Shown: positions 1 to 8,900 of the stretch, one piece after another
Numbering within the stretch: the first letter of the stretch is position 1
Layout of the letters: each line of letters begins with the position of its first letter
Assembly (NCBI GenBank): GCA_017539265.1
Contig: JAFYHG010000008.1
Coordinates: forward strand, 67,354 to 131,353
DNA from: Alphaproteobacteria bacterium
Lineage (GTDB): Bacteria; Pseudomonadota; Alphaproteobacteria; CAAHEQ01; UBA3637
DNA: 64,000 bases
Direction: 5' to 3'
Made by a program: the position numbers and the translations under genes
Notes under the pieces: model-generated
What the model was told of the DNA's origin: nothing
The model's database searches: none
What the model saw: the letters and a program-made list of their open reading frames with translations, nothing else

Positions 1-2
1 AA

Positions 3-2768
3 TTTGACCGCTGGGCCTATATTGTCGGGATTGCGTGGTTTTGGATTTTAGGCAGTCTTGTTTTCTTTTTCTCGGCGGAATATGGACACAGCATCTTAAA
101 TGCCCGTTGGTCTGTTGTTACTTTCCTAAGTGGCGGTGTTTTCACGGCCGGTTATCTAATCGGTGCATTTATTTACTATCGCCTCACAAAGAAAGGCAAC
201 CTCTTTTCATGGGCCGTCTGGGCCGGTCTTGGGATTAGTGTCTTTTTAATCGGTCTTATTATTGCAGGCGGCCATATTGTTTCTGTCCCCGGCGATAAAG
301 CCATTACCGTCCACAATATGATTTTCGGCGGTTTTAATTACTGGATTGTTATTTTATCCACCTTTATGTTGGGGGGATTATCGGTAAACTTTATTATTCC
401 GCTTTATGTTATGCTGCAAAAAGAAACACCAAAACCCCTCTTGGGCCGAATGATGGCGTTCAGCAGTGTCGTCAACGCCTGTGGAATTATGGCGGCCTTT
501 TTGATTGTACTATGCTTTTCGCTATTATTCGTTGATCTATTAAGCATTATGCTACTGTTTGCGGTGGCAAATGTGTTTGTCGCCCTCTATATGACAAGAC
601 TTCTTCCCTTGGAAACGCGTCGACATGTGTTCCAATATGTTTTCAAAAAGCTCTTCAAGGCTCGCATTGAAGGATTGGAACATCTTAAAAAAGCTGGCAA
701 CAAAGCTCTTATTGTTACAAACCATACTTCCTACTTGGATGTGCTTTTGATTTCGGCTTTTGTAGATCGGAAAATTGTCTTCGCCATCAGTGATAAACTC
801 CTCAACAAAGTGTTTGTCAAATTCATGACAAATCTTGTTGAGATTAAACCTCTCGATCCCGTTAGTCCCTTTGCCGTTAAAGACATGGCGGAAGAATTGA
901 ATCAAAACAAATGGTGTATGATTTTCACCGAAGGCCTTATCGAAGGCGGTAACACGCGGATGAAGATTTATGAGGCACCGGCCATGATGGCGGTTAAAGG
1001 GAACGCTCCCATCGTGCCGATTCGAATTGATGGGGCTTCACATGCCTTATTCTCACGCGTGTTGGGACAAAAAGCCGATTTCAGATGGTTCCCCAAAATC
1101 ACTTTGACCGTTTTGCCTCCTGTCAAGTTTGATGATTATCCGGCCGATATGCCGACACGGGAAATGCGTGAAAAATCCAGTTCACGCCTCTATGACGTCA
1201 TGACACAAATGACGTTTGACAGTTATGAAAAAGATAAAACCATTTTTCAAAAAATCATTCGGGCCATGTCCATGGCTGGCCGTTTCAAACCCGTTTTGGA
1301 AGATACGGCCCGTAAACCCGTCAAGTTCATATCACTATTTTTAAAATCCTTTGTATTGGGTGGTATGTTGCATCGGGCGGCGCCGGATGAAAAATATCTC
1401 GGTATCATGATCCCGACATCCAATGCTTGTGCCTTAACGGTTTTAGGGTTGCATGCTTACGGTAAAATTCCTGCCATGATCAACTTTACCAGTGGTCCAA
1501 AACAGGTCATTTCAACTTGCGAAACGATCGGGCTTAAAACCATCATAACGGCTCGAAAAGTCGTGGCTCTGGCCAAATTGGAAAACCTGGTAGCCACCGT
1601 TCAAGAAGCCGGCATCCGTATCCTTTATTTGGAAGACCTTGCTCCAACTTTGACTCTTAAAGATAAATTACGTGGCGTTTTATATGCCCTAATGCCGGAA
1701 AAGGCCTACAAAAAAACAAGCGGCGGCAAAATATCGGCTGACGATACAGCAGTTGTCCTCTTTACTTCCGGTTCCGAAGGTTTTCCAAAGGCTGTCTTTT
1801 TAACCCATAAAAACATGATATCAAATGCTTACCAGGTTCTGTCCAAATTTGATGTGTATCAATCGGATATTTTGTTAAACGTATTGCCGATGTTCCACTC
1901 ATTCGGACTGGGTGCGGGCTTATTCCTGCCGTTGATAGCAGGCCTTAAAGCCGTTTTGTATCCGACACCGCTACACTATCGGATTATTCCGCAACTGTGC
2001 GCTTCAACGCGGGCAACAATTTTCTTCGGCACGGATACCTTCTTATCCGGTTATGCCAAATGCGCCAATCCGTACGATTTCAATAGTTTGCGAATTGTTG
2101 CCGTCGGTGCCGAAAAATTAAAGGATGAAACCCGTAAAATCTGGTCGGAAAAATTCGGCGTTCGGGTATTGGAAGGCTATGGTGCCACCGAATGTTCACC
2201 CTTTATTTCGGTAAATACTTTCTTGCACCAGAAAAAAGGTTCCGTCGGCCGAATCTTTAATGGCCTCACCTATGAACTGAAACCTGTTGACGGTATCAAA
2301 GAAGGCGGTGAATTATGGCTCAAAGGCCCCAACATCATGCAAGGCTACATGCGCTATACGGATCCGTTAAAACTGGACCCGCCCGAAGACGGTTGGTATA
2401 ACACCGGCGATATTGTTGACATTGATTTGGAAGGTTATGTCTTCATTAAAGGGCGTTCCAAACGCTTTGCCAAAATCGGGGGCGAAATGGTCTCGCTTCT
2501 TTCCGTTGAAACCGTAATTAATACCAAGTGGGAAGGTTTCATCACCGGTGCGGTCAGTATCCCCGACCCCAAAAAAGGCGAACAAATTGTCCTCATTACG
2601 AACTGTCCCGACATTACCAAGGATGAAATGATAAAAGCCTTCAAAGCCGCCGGTGTCACCGAACTGGGACTTCCCAGCCGTGTGATTTATACCGATAATC
2701 CACCATTACTCGGAACCGGTAAATTCGATTACTTGACGGCAAAAGAATTAGCCCTAAAATCCGAATAA
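3..2768 (+). CDS. aas: MFS lysophospholipid transporter (LplT-like) fused to PlsC-type acyltransferase and acyl-ACP synthetase (Aas-type tri-domain protein); 5' end outside window
   Basis: The frame of the 816-aa ORF stays open back to the window edge and reads as hydrophobic TM segments (FDRWAYIVGIAWFWILGSLVFFF...). H(X)4D acyltransferase motif in VTNHTSYLDV. AMP-binding motif LFTSGSEGFPKAV, later GYGATE. A hairpin terminator follows. Confidence 0.85.
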   Translation, partial: FDRWAYIVGIAWFWILGSLVFFFSAEYGHSILNARWSVVTFLSGGVFTAGYLIGAFIYYRLTKKGNLFSWAVWAGLGISVFLIGLIIAGGHIVSVPGDKAITVHNMIFGGFNYWIVILSTFMLGGLSVNFIIPLYVMLQKETPKPLLGRMMAFSSVVNACGIMAAFLIVLCFSLLFVDLLSIMLLFAVANVFVALYMTRLLPLETRRHVFQYVFKKLFKARIEGLEHLKKAGNKALIVTNHTSYLDVLLISAFVDRKIVFAISDKLLNKVFVKFMTNLVEIKPLDPVSPFAVKDMAEELNQNKWCMIFTEGLIEGGNTRMKIYEAPAMMAVKGNAPIVPIRIDGASHALFSRVLGQKADFRWFPKITLTVLPPVKFDDYPADMPTREMREKSSSRLYDVMTQMTFDSYEKDKTIFQKIIRAMSMAGRFKPVLEDTARKPVKFISLFLKSFVLGGMLHRAAPDEKYLGIMIPTSNACALTVLGLHAYGKIPAMINFTSGPKQVISTCETIGLKTIITARKVVALAKLENLVATVQEAGIRILYLEDLAPTLTLKDKLRGVLYALMPEKAYKKTSGGKISADDTAVVLFTSGSEGFPKAVFLTHKNMISNAYQVLSKFDVYQSDILLNVLPMFHSFGLGAGLFLPLIAGLKAVLYPTPLHYRIIPQLCASTRATIFFGTDTFLSGYAKCANPYDFNSLRIVAVGAEKLKDETRKIWSEKFGVRVLEGYGATECSPFISVNTFLHQKKGSVGRIFNGLTYELKPVDGIKEGGELWLKGPNIMQGYMRYTDPLKLDPPEDGWYNTGDIVDIDLEGYVFIKGRSKRFAKIGGEMVSLLSVETVINTKWEGFITGAVSIPDPKKGEQIVLITNCPDITKDEMIKAFKAAGVTELGLPSRVIYTDNPPLLGTGKFDYLTAKELALKSE

Positions 2769-2775
2769 AAAAAAT

Positions 2776-2805
2776 TCCCGCCTCTTAACAGGCGGGAAAA
2801 TTTTA
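2776..2805 (+). terminator. Rho-independent terminator after aas
   Basis: tcccgcc-tcttaaca-ggcggga hairpin followed by an A/T run (aaatttt), 8 nt after the stop codon. Confidence 0.7.
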
Positions 2806-2935
2806 ACTATTTCTTTTTTGTTCCGCATCCGCAACCCGGCATGATTATCGCCTCCTTTCCCTCAATGAATACAAAAAATACATAAGCTGTTTTAAAGGAC
2901 TTGTCAAGATGATTTCTTTTTGCTATAAGAATGGT

Positions 2936-3688
2936 ATGAAAAAACTTTTTATCATTTTAGGTTGTTTAATTTTAGGTGCCTGCGCGCACAAAAATCCCTT
3001 ATCGGACATGGCGTTTCAAACAACGCCTGCCCCGCCCCATGTGATCGCCAGCTGGTATAAGATCACTACCCCCGGCACTCCGATAAAAGTCTATGTGGAA
3101 GGGGATGGGGCAGCTTTTGATGCCGATAATCGGCCCACCGATAACCCTACTCCAAAAAGTGAGTTTATGCGGGAGTTGGCTGCGGGTGATCCGTCCCCTA
3201 ATGTAGCCTATTTAGGACGTCCCTGCCAATACCTGCAAACGGGCGCCTGTTCCACTGCAGATTGGACAACGGGACGCTTTTCCAAAACCATTATCGACAG
3301 TATGGATACCGCCACCCATGCCCTTATGAAGAAAGCCCGCACCAATCAAGTCATCTTAATCGGCTTTTCCGGCGGTGCCCAAATTACGGGACAAATTGCC
3401 GCCCGCCATCCGGATCAGGTAAAAAAATGGATTACCCTCTCGGGCGTTCTGGATACACGGGCCTGGACAACCTATCACGGCGATTCACCTTTAACCGGTT
3501 CCCTCAATTTAAAAAAGGATCAAGTTAAATCCGTTAACCAAATTCACTACGCCGGCGGCCAAGACGATGTCGTCCCCCCTTCCCTTATCCAAGATTTTGC
3601 AGGGGCAGATAAAGTTGTCATTGTCAAAAAAGCCGGCCATGGCGATGGTTTTGAATCCATTTATGATGCAATTTATGAGGTAAAGTAA
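2936..3688 (+). CDS. Putative lipoprotein with alpha/beta-hydrolase fold
   Basis: Start moved to MKKLFIILGCLILGAC (lipobox LGAC). GFSGG nucleophile-elbow motif (GxSxG). C-terminal AGHGD. Stop overlaps the next ATG (TAATG). Confidence 0.6.
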   Translation: MKKLFIILGCLILGACAHKNPLSDMAFQTTPAPPHVIASWYKITTPGTPIKVYVEGDGAAFDADNRPTDNPTPKSEFMRELAAGDPSPNVAYLGRPCQYLQTGACSTADWTTGRFSKTIIDSMDTATHALMKKARTNQVILIGFSGGAQITGQIAARHPDQVKKWITLSGVLDTRAWTTYHGDSPLTGSLNLKKDQVKSVNQIHYAGGQDDVVPPSLIQDFAGADKVVIVKKAGHGDGFESIYDAIYEVK

Positions 3689-4641
3689 TGAAAATTTGGA
3701 TTTTAGCAGATGATCGGGCCGGCAACGTTAATCAACTCCTGGGTATTGCCGAAGCTTTGGGTGCACCTTTTGACCGTAAAGACATCCGTTACACCCAATG
3801 GGTAAAGCTCCCTAACTGCCTGCGCGGAAAATCCTTATTGGGCCTTGATGAAATCTCAAAAAAATCCCTCTCGGCTCCTTGGCCGGATGTGGTTTTAAGT
3901 GCCGGTCGACGTTCTTTCCCCGTTGCCCGTTTTATTCGTCGGGCATCCGGCAATAAAACAAAAATTGTGCAATTAATGAACCCCGGCTCAGCCGGCTTTC
4001 ATGAGGCTGCCCTCGTCGTCTTACCGGCGCATGATAATTACCGGGGGAAAGCCTCTAACGTCATGGTTGTTACCGGTTCTCCGCATCGGATTACCCCACA
4101 AAAATTACAGGAAGCCCGCACCCATTGGGAACCTACATTTACTCCTTATCCTCACAAGCGGATTTCCATCATTGTGGGCGGTGCTACAAAAAATAAACCT
4201 TTTACGGCCGAACGTGCTATTGAATTGGCCGCGGGTATAAAAAAACTCAATCCCGCTTCTGTTTTGGTTACAACCTCGCGACGCACCCCGATGGAAGTTA
4301 TCGATTGCCTTCAAAAAGAGCTTCCGCGCCCGATGTTTTTCTATCGGTTCGGTGATAAAGGGGAAAATCCCTATTTCGGGTTATTGGCATGCGCTGATGA
4401 AATTGTTGTTACAGGGGATTCCATGTCCATGTGTTCCGAAAGTTGCGCCGCCGGTGTTCCCGTTTCCATTTTTGCCCCGCCCGAGATGATGAGTCCCAAG
4501 CATCAACGTTTTCATCAAACCCTTTATCGGGATAGTTTCGCCGTTCCTTTGGGTGAGACACCGCACGCCCCCAAAAAATCATTGAACCCCGCCCAAGAAA
4601 TCGCCGAAAAAATAAAGGAAATTTGTTCCCATGAAGAATGA
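3688..4641 (+). CDS. ELM1/DUF1022-family protein (predicted glycosyltransferase-like)
   Basis: The N-terminus MKIWILADDRAGNVNQLLGIAEALG resembles the conserved start of bacterial 'mitochondrial fission ELM1' family proteins as I recall them. Length is about 317 aa. Translationally coupled on both sides. Confidence 0.55.
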   Translation: MKIWILADDRAGNVNQLLGIAEALGAPFDRKDIRYTQWVKLPNCLRGKSLLGLDEISKKSLSAPWPDVVLSAGRRSFPVARFIRRASGNKTKIVQLMNPGSAGFHEAALVVLPAHDNYRGKASNVMVVTGSPHRITPQKLQEARTHWEPTFTPYPHKRISIIVGGATKNKPFTAERAIELAAGIKKLNPASVLVTTSRRTPMEVIDCLQKELPRPMFFYRFGDKGENPYFGLLACADEIVVTGDSMSMCSESCAAGVPVSIFAPPEMMSPKHQRFHQTLYRDSFAVPLGETPHAPKKSLNPAQEIAEKIKEICSHEE

Positions 4642-5338
4642 AAAATTAACCCTTTGGCAGGGCGATTGCTTCCAAAAAATGAAGGAAATACCGGATCATT
4701 CCGTGGATTTGATTTTATGTGATCCGCCCTATAACCTCGCGCATTACAGCACCGGTAATATGACATTCGGCTGGCGTGGTGAAGTCAATAACGACGTAGC
4801 CGATTGGGATCAAAAAGCCCTCAACCCCGCAGATTTGGTCACGGAATTTAAGCGTGTTTTAAAGCCCAAAGGCAATATTTTCATCTTCTGCAGTTATAAC
4901 CTTATCGGTAAATTTCACGACGCCTTCAATGCCGAATTTGATACCTTTCAATTTATGGTTTGGCATAAAACAAACCCCATTCCGTGTATTCGTAAAGCCT
5001 CCTTTTTAAACAGTTGCGAACTGATTGTCTGCCTGTGGAATAAAGGTCACACTTGGAATTTTGGCAAACAAACGGAAATGCATAATTTTATTGAGGCTCC
5101 CATTTGCGCCGGTCGGGAAAGACTTCAAAATCCCAAGCACCCCACTCAAAAACCGCTCGCGGTTCTTGAACATATCATCAAAATCGCCAGCAATCCGAAC
5201 GATGTTGTCTTGGATATGTTCATGGGTGTCGGTTCAACGGGCGAAGCCGCCTTAAAAAACAATCGCCGCTTTATCGGTATCGAACTGGATTCCAAATACT
5301 TCACCGCCGCACAAAATAGGCTGAAAAATATAAAATAG
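4631..5338 (+). CDS. Beta-class N6-adenine/N4-cytosine DNA methyltransferase (N6_N4_Mtase family), no cognate nuclease nearby
   Basis: Catalytic motif IV DPPY (LILCDPPYNL) lies N-terminal and the SAM motif I FxGxG (DMFMGVGSTGEAA) lies C-terminal, which is beta-class order. HPTQKP motif present. Overlaps the upstream gene by 11 nt. Confidence 0.85.
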   Translation: MKNEKLTLWQGDCFQKMKEIPDHSVDLILCDPPYNLAHYSTGNMTFGWRGEVNNDVADWDQKALNPADLVTEFKRVLKPKGNIFIFCSYNLIGKFHDAFNAEFDTFQFMVWHKTNPIPCIRKASFLNSCELIVCLWNKGHTWNFGKQTEMHNFIEAPICAGRERLQNPKHPTQKPLAVLEHIIKIASNPNDVVLDMFMGVGSTGEAALKNNRRFIGIELDSKYFTAAQNRLKNIK

Positions 5339-5364
5339 GCCTTTCCTTCAAGGCCTATTTGTTT
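5335..5364 (+). terminator. Hairpin terminator after the methyltransferase gene
   Basis: ataggcct-ttccttca-aggcctat perfect 8-bp stem followed by ttgtttt. It abuts the 3' end of tRNA-Leu on the other strand. Confidence 0.65.
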
Positions 5365-5451
5365 TGGTGCCCAGAAGAAGACTCGAACTTCCACCCTTTT
5401 GACAGGACTAGCACCTGAAACTAGCGCGTCTACCAATTTCGCCATCTGGGC
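5365..5451 (-). tRNA. tRNA-Leu (anticodon CAG)
   Basis: The reverse complement reads gcccaga tg gcga aattggtaga cgc ... ctagt-ttCAGgt-gctag, then a long variable arm, gttcgagtc T-loop and tctgggc-a-cca. The 7-bp acceptor stem pairs perfectly. At 87 nt it is a class II tRNA. Confidence 0.93.
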
Positions 5452-5460
5452 AACGGGGGT

Positions 5461-5489
5461 ATTTTACCCAAAATTCATCAAAATGTCAA
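5461..5489 (-). promoter_or_regulatory. Sigma70-type promoter for tRNA-Leu
   Basis: Minus strand reads TTGACA-17 nt-TAAAAT. The -10 ends 9 nt before the mature tRNA 5' end. Confidence 0.6.
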
Positions 5490-5661
5490 TCTTTTTTTGA
5501 AAGACATCATCAAATGACTAAAAGATGTTCTTTCAAAGGTAAAATAATAATGCTGTATTTATACCATTTTTCAATCCATGACAATACTAAAAAGAGCCCA
5601 TATATTCATCTCATTATCGGTAACTACATTTTGATAATTAGGGCACATTTTAAAAAAGTTC

Positions 5662-5690
5662 TTGATTTTTTCACAGAAAAAGTGTATAAG
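5662..5690 (+). promoter_or_regulatory. Sigma70-type promoter for tRNA-Arg
   Basis: TTGATT-17 nt-TATAAG. The -10 ends 14 nt before the tRNA 5' end. Confidence 0.6.
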
Positions 5691-5704
5691 TATGTCCATG
5701 TGTT

Positions 5705-5781
5705 GCGCTTGTAGCTCAGCTGGATAGAGTATTGCCCTCCGAAGGCAAGGGTCGTGAGTTCGAATCTCGCCAAGCGCGCCA
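5705..5781 (+). tRNA. tRNA-Arg (anticodon CCG)
   Basis: gcgcttg acceptor pairs with caagcgc. D-loop agctcagctggatagagt. Anticodon stem-loop ttgcc-ctCCGaa-ggcaa. T-loop gttcgaatc. Encoded CCA. Length 77 nt. Confidence 0.94.
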
Positions 5782-5794
5782 CTATTAAATTAAC

Positions 5795-5818
5795 GCCTTG
5801 TTTATCAAGGCTTTTTTT
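5795..5818 (+). terminator. Rho-independent terminator after tRNA-Arg
   Basis: gcctt-gtttatc-aaggc hairpin followed by T7. Confidence 0.65.
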
Positions 5819-5903
5819 ATACCTACACAATCGCATAATAATATATTAGCGACCTATCCTTGACAAAAAAGTCTTAACATCCTAAAAACATGAATTTTTT
5901 ATG

Positions 5904-5932
5904 TTGACAAAACGGACAAAAGTATGTATAAT
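5904..5932 (+). promoter_or_regulatory. Perfect consensus sigma70 promoter of the giant autotransporter gene
   Basis: TTGACA (5904-5909), exactly 17 nt, TATAAT (5927-5932). AGGAG RBS at 5949-5953 sits 7 nt before the ATG at 5961. Confidence 0.75.
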
Positions 5933-5960
5933 CAAGGAAAATTTTCGTAGGAGTCGCAAT

Positions 5961-8900
5961 ATGAAAAGATTTCTTTGTTTTGCTCTATGTTTAATTTGCA
6001 TCTTATTTGGTATTTCCGCACAGGCGGGAATTAGTTGTGCCAAAGGCTACATTAACTACAATGGCGCCTGTATCAAAAAACTGGATTGTAAAAATGGTGG
6101 CAAACAAGAAGGTTACAGTTGTACTTGCCCTAAGGGATGGACAGGCGAACTGTGCCAAAAAGCGGCGACTTGTCCTTATAAGGATACCAAGTGTTCCACC
6201 GGATATCATGCAACGGGAAAAACGTGTAAGACAGGAAATAAAACCGTTATTCAATGTGCCGTCAATGAATGTAAGGACTATCCCCATATGAAATGTCCGA
6301 CGGGATATACTTCCACGGGAACTTGTCAATCGGGTAAAACAAAGAGATATAAATGTGATGCTTGTGCCAAAGGATATATCCGGTATAACGGTCAATGTAT
6401 CAAGAAGCTGGATTGTAAAAACGGCGGAAAACAAAAAGGGAACAGTTGCACTTGCCCCGAAGGTTGGACGGGATCAAAATGTGATAAAGCGGCCAGTTGC
6501 CCCTATAAAGACACAAAATGTGCCAAAGGATACCACGAAACGGGAAAAACCTGTAAGACTGGAAAGAAAACCGTTAAAGAATGTAAAGCAAATGCTTGCG
6601 AAGGGTACACATATACAAAGTGTCCGACGGGATATGCTTCCACGGGCAGTTGCCAATCGGGCAAAACAACGAAATATAAATGTGATGCTTGTGCCAAAGG
6701 CTATATCCGGTATAACGGTCAATGTATCAAAAAGTTAGATTGTAAAAACGGTGGAAAACAAAAGGGGAATAGCTGTACCTGCCCCGAAGGTTGGACAGGT
6801 AAACAATGCCAAACCGCTGCTTCTTGCTCCTATAAAACAACCTCTTGTTCCAGTAGTCAAGTTGAAACGGGAAACACCTGTAAATCCGGAAATAAGACAT
6901 ATATTCAATGTGCTTCGTCCTGTCCCAAAGGAAAAGTTAAACAAGGGAAAAAGTGTGTGCCGGCCCCGAATTGTCAAAACGGCGGACATGCAAATGGTCT
7001 AAATTGTGTTTGCCCTGACGGTTGGACGGGAACACTTTGTGAAAAGCCAAAAACATGCCCTGCCGATTATACACAAGAATCTTGTGGCGAAGGATATGAA
7101 CAGGTTGGATCATCCTGTAAGTCAGGGGATAAAACATATGTAGCCTGCACGGAAGCGACTTGCCCCTATAATACAACCAGTTGTACAAGGGGCTATGAAG
7201 AAACGGGTGATACCTGTTTATCGGGAACGACCCTTTACAAAAAGTGCCGTGAAAAATCTTGTGCCGGGTATATCATGGGTAGTTGCCCCCAGAATGCTGA
7301 AGGGTGTGAAATTTGTTATCAGGGTGAGATCGAAACTTTCACTTACACCAAATGTAAAGACGGTTGGACGGGGTTAACCTGTAATGTGCCGGCAAATTGT
7401 CCGTATGATACCATCACTTGTCCGGAGGGTTATGAAGAAACAGGGGAAACCTGCCAATCGGGCGATAATACTTATAGGAAATGTAAACCAACCGATTGTA
7501 CCGCGCAAGGATATAAAGCCACTTGTCCGGAGGGTTATAATTCAACACAAGAATGTTTAAGCGGAACAACGCCTTATTATACCTGTACCCCGAAACAAGT
7601 GCCGGCGGGATATCAATCCGAACCTTGCGGTGCGGGTTATAATCAAGTGGATACTTTCTTGTCGGGTGAAACGACTTATTATAAATGCGAGGCCAAACAG
7701 GTACCAAGCGGCTATCAATCTGCCTCTTGCGGTGCCGGTTATGATCAGGTTGATACCTTCCTGTCGGGTAAGACAACCTATTATAAATGTCAGGCCAAAG
7801 ATTGCTCGGCCTATCAAACCGGTTGTTCGGCGGGATATACCGCAGAGCAATCGTGCTTAAGCGGAACAACTCCTTACTATACATGTGTTCCCAAAGTTTG
7901 TCCGGACGGATATAATACAAAGGGGACCTCCTGTTCGCGGGGCTATGTCCAAGCAGGCGATGTCTGCTTATCGGGCGAAGATACCTATGTGAAATGTGTT
8001 CCCAACACGTGTCCTGATACCCATAATGTGCTCGGCAGTTGCGGGGAAGGATATGTGCAAGTTGGGGAAGCCTGTTATTCCGAAGACAGAACATATGTGG
8101 CGTGTACAGAGGCAACCTGCCCCTATGATACAACCAGTTGTACAAGGGGTTATGAAGAAACGGGCGATACGTGTTTATCGGGAACAACCCTTTACAAAAA
8201 ATGCCGTGAAAAATCCTGCGCCGGATATATCATGGGCAGTTGTCCCCAAAATGCGGAAGGGTGCGAAACCTGTTATCAAGGCGAGATTGAAACCTTTACC
8301 TACACCAAATGTAAAGACGGTTGGACAGGATTAACCTGTAATGTGCCGGCAAATTGCCCATTTGATACCCTTACATGCGAGGGTGGCTATGAAGAAACGG
8401 GTGAAACCTGTCAATCGGGTGATAAGACTTATAAAAAATGTCAACCGATTGACTGTAGCGCTCAAGGATATAAAACAAGTTGTACGGAGGGTTACGACGC
8501 CGTTCAAGGATGCCTAAGCGGAACAACTCCTTATTATACCTGTACCCCGAAACAAGTGCCGGCAGAGTATCAGGTCGCCCCTTGTGGTTCGGGATATAAT
8601 CAAATTAATACTTTCTTATCGGGCGAAACAACTTATTATAAATGCGAAGCCATTCAGGTACCGGATGGCTATCAATCTGCCTCTTGCGGTGCCGGTTATG
8701 ATCAGGTTGATACGTTCTTATCAGGTGAAACAACTTATTATAAGTGCCAAGAAACAGATTGTTCCGCATATCAGACCGCTTGCGGTGCCGGATATGATGC
8801 CACAGAAGCTTGTTTAAGCGGTACAACGCCTTATTATACTTGTACGGAAAAAGAAGTGCCAACCGGCTATGGTGCCGAACCATGCGGTACCGGTTATGAT

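Noticed and set aside
35-238. 67-aa plus-strand ORF at the window start.
   Set aside because: It is out of frame with, and fully inside, the open MFS-like reading frame that continues into aas.
4631-5338. Restriction-modification system call for the DPPY methyltransferase.
   Set aside because: No candidate endonuclease ORF lies on either side, so only the methyltransferase is annotated.
5146-5445. 99-aa minus-strand ORF.
   Set aside because: It overlaps the tRNA-Leu gene and runs antisense through the 3' end of the methyltransferase gene. There are no expression signals.
5514-5836. Small ORFs (66 aa plus strand, 70 aa minus strand) in the tRNA spacer.
   Set aside because: They sit in A/T-rich intergenic DNA occupied by the two tRNA promoters. 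The minus-strand ORF runs through tRNA-Arg.
5901-5960. ORF-track start (MLTKRTKVCIIKENFRRSRN...) for the giant protein.
   Set aside because: This ATG sits immediately before the -35 hexamer of a perfect promoter, so it would not be transcribed from it. The ATG at 5961 has an AGGAG RBS and begins a canonical signal peptide.
4631-5960. Calling a mobile genomic island or prophage remnant at the tRNA pair.
   Set aside because: I found no integrase, transposase, phage genes or recognisable direct repeat of either tRNA 3' end in the window. It is kept only as a low-interest hypothesis.
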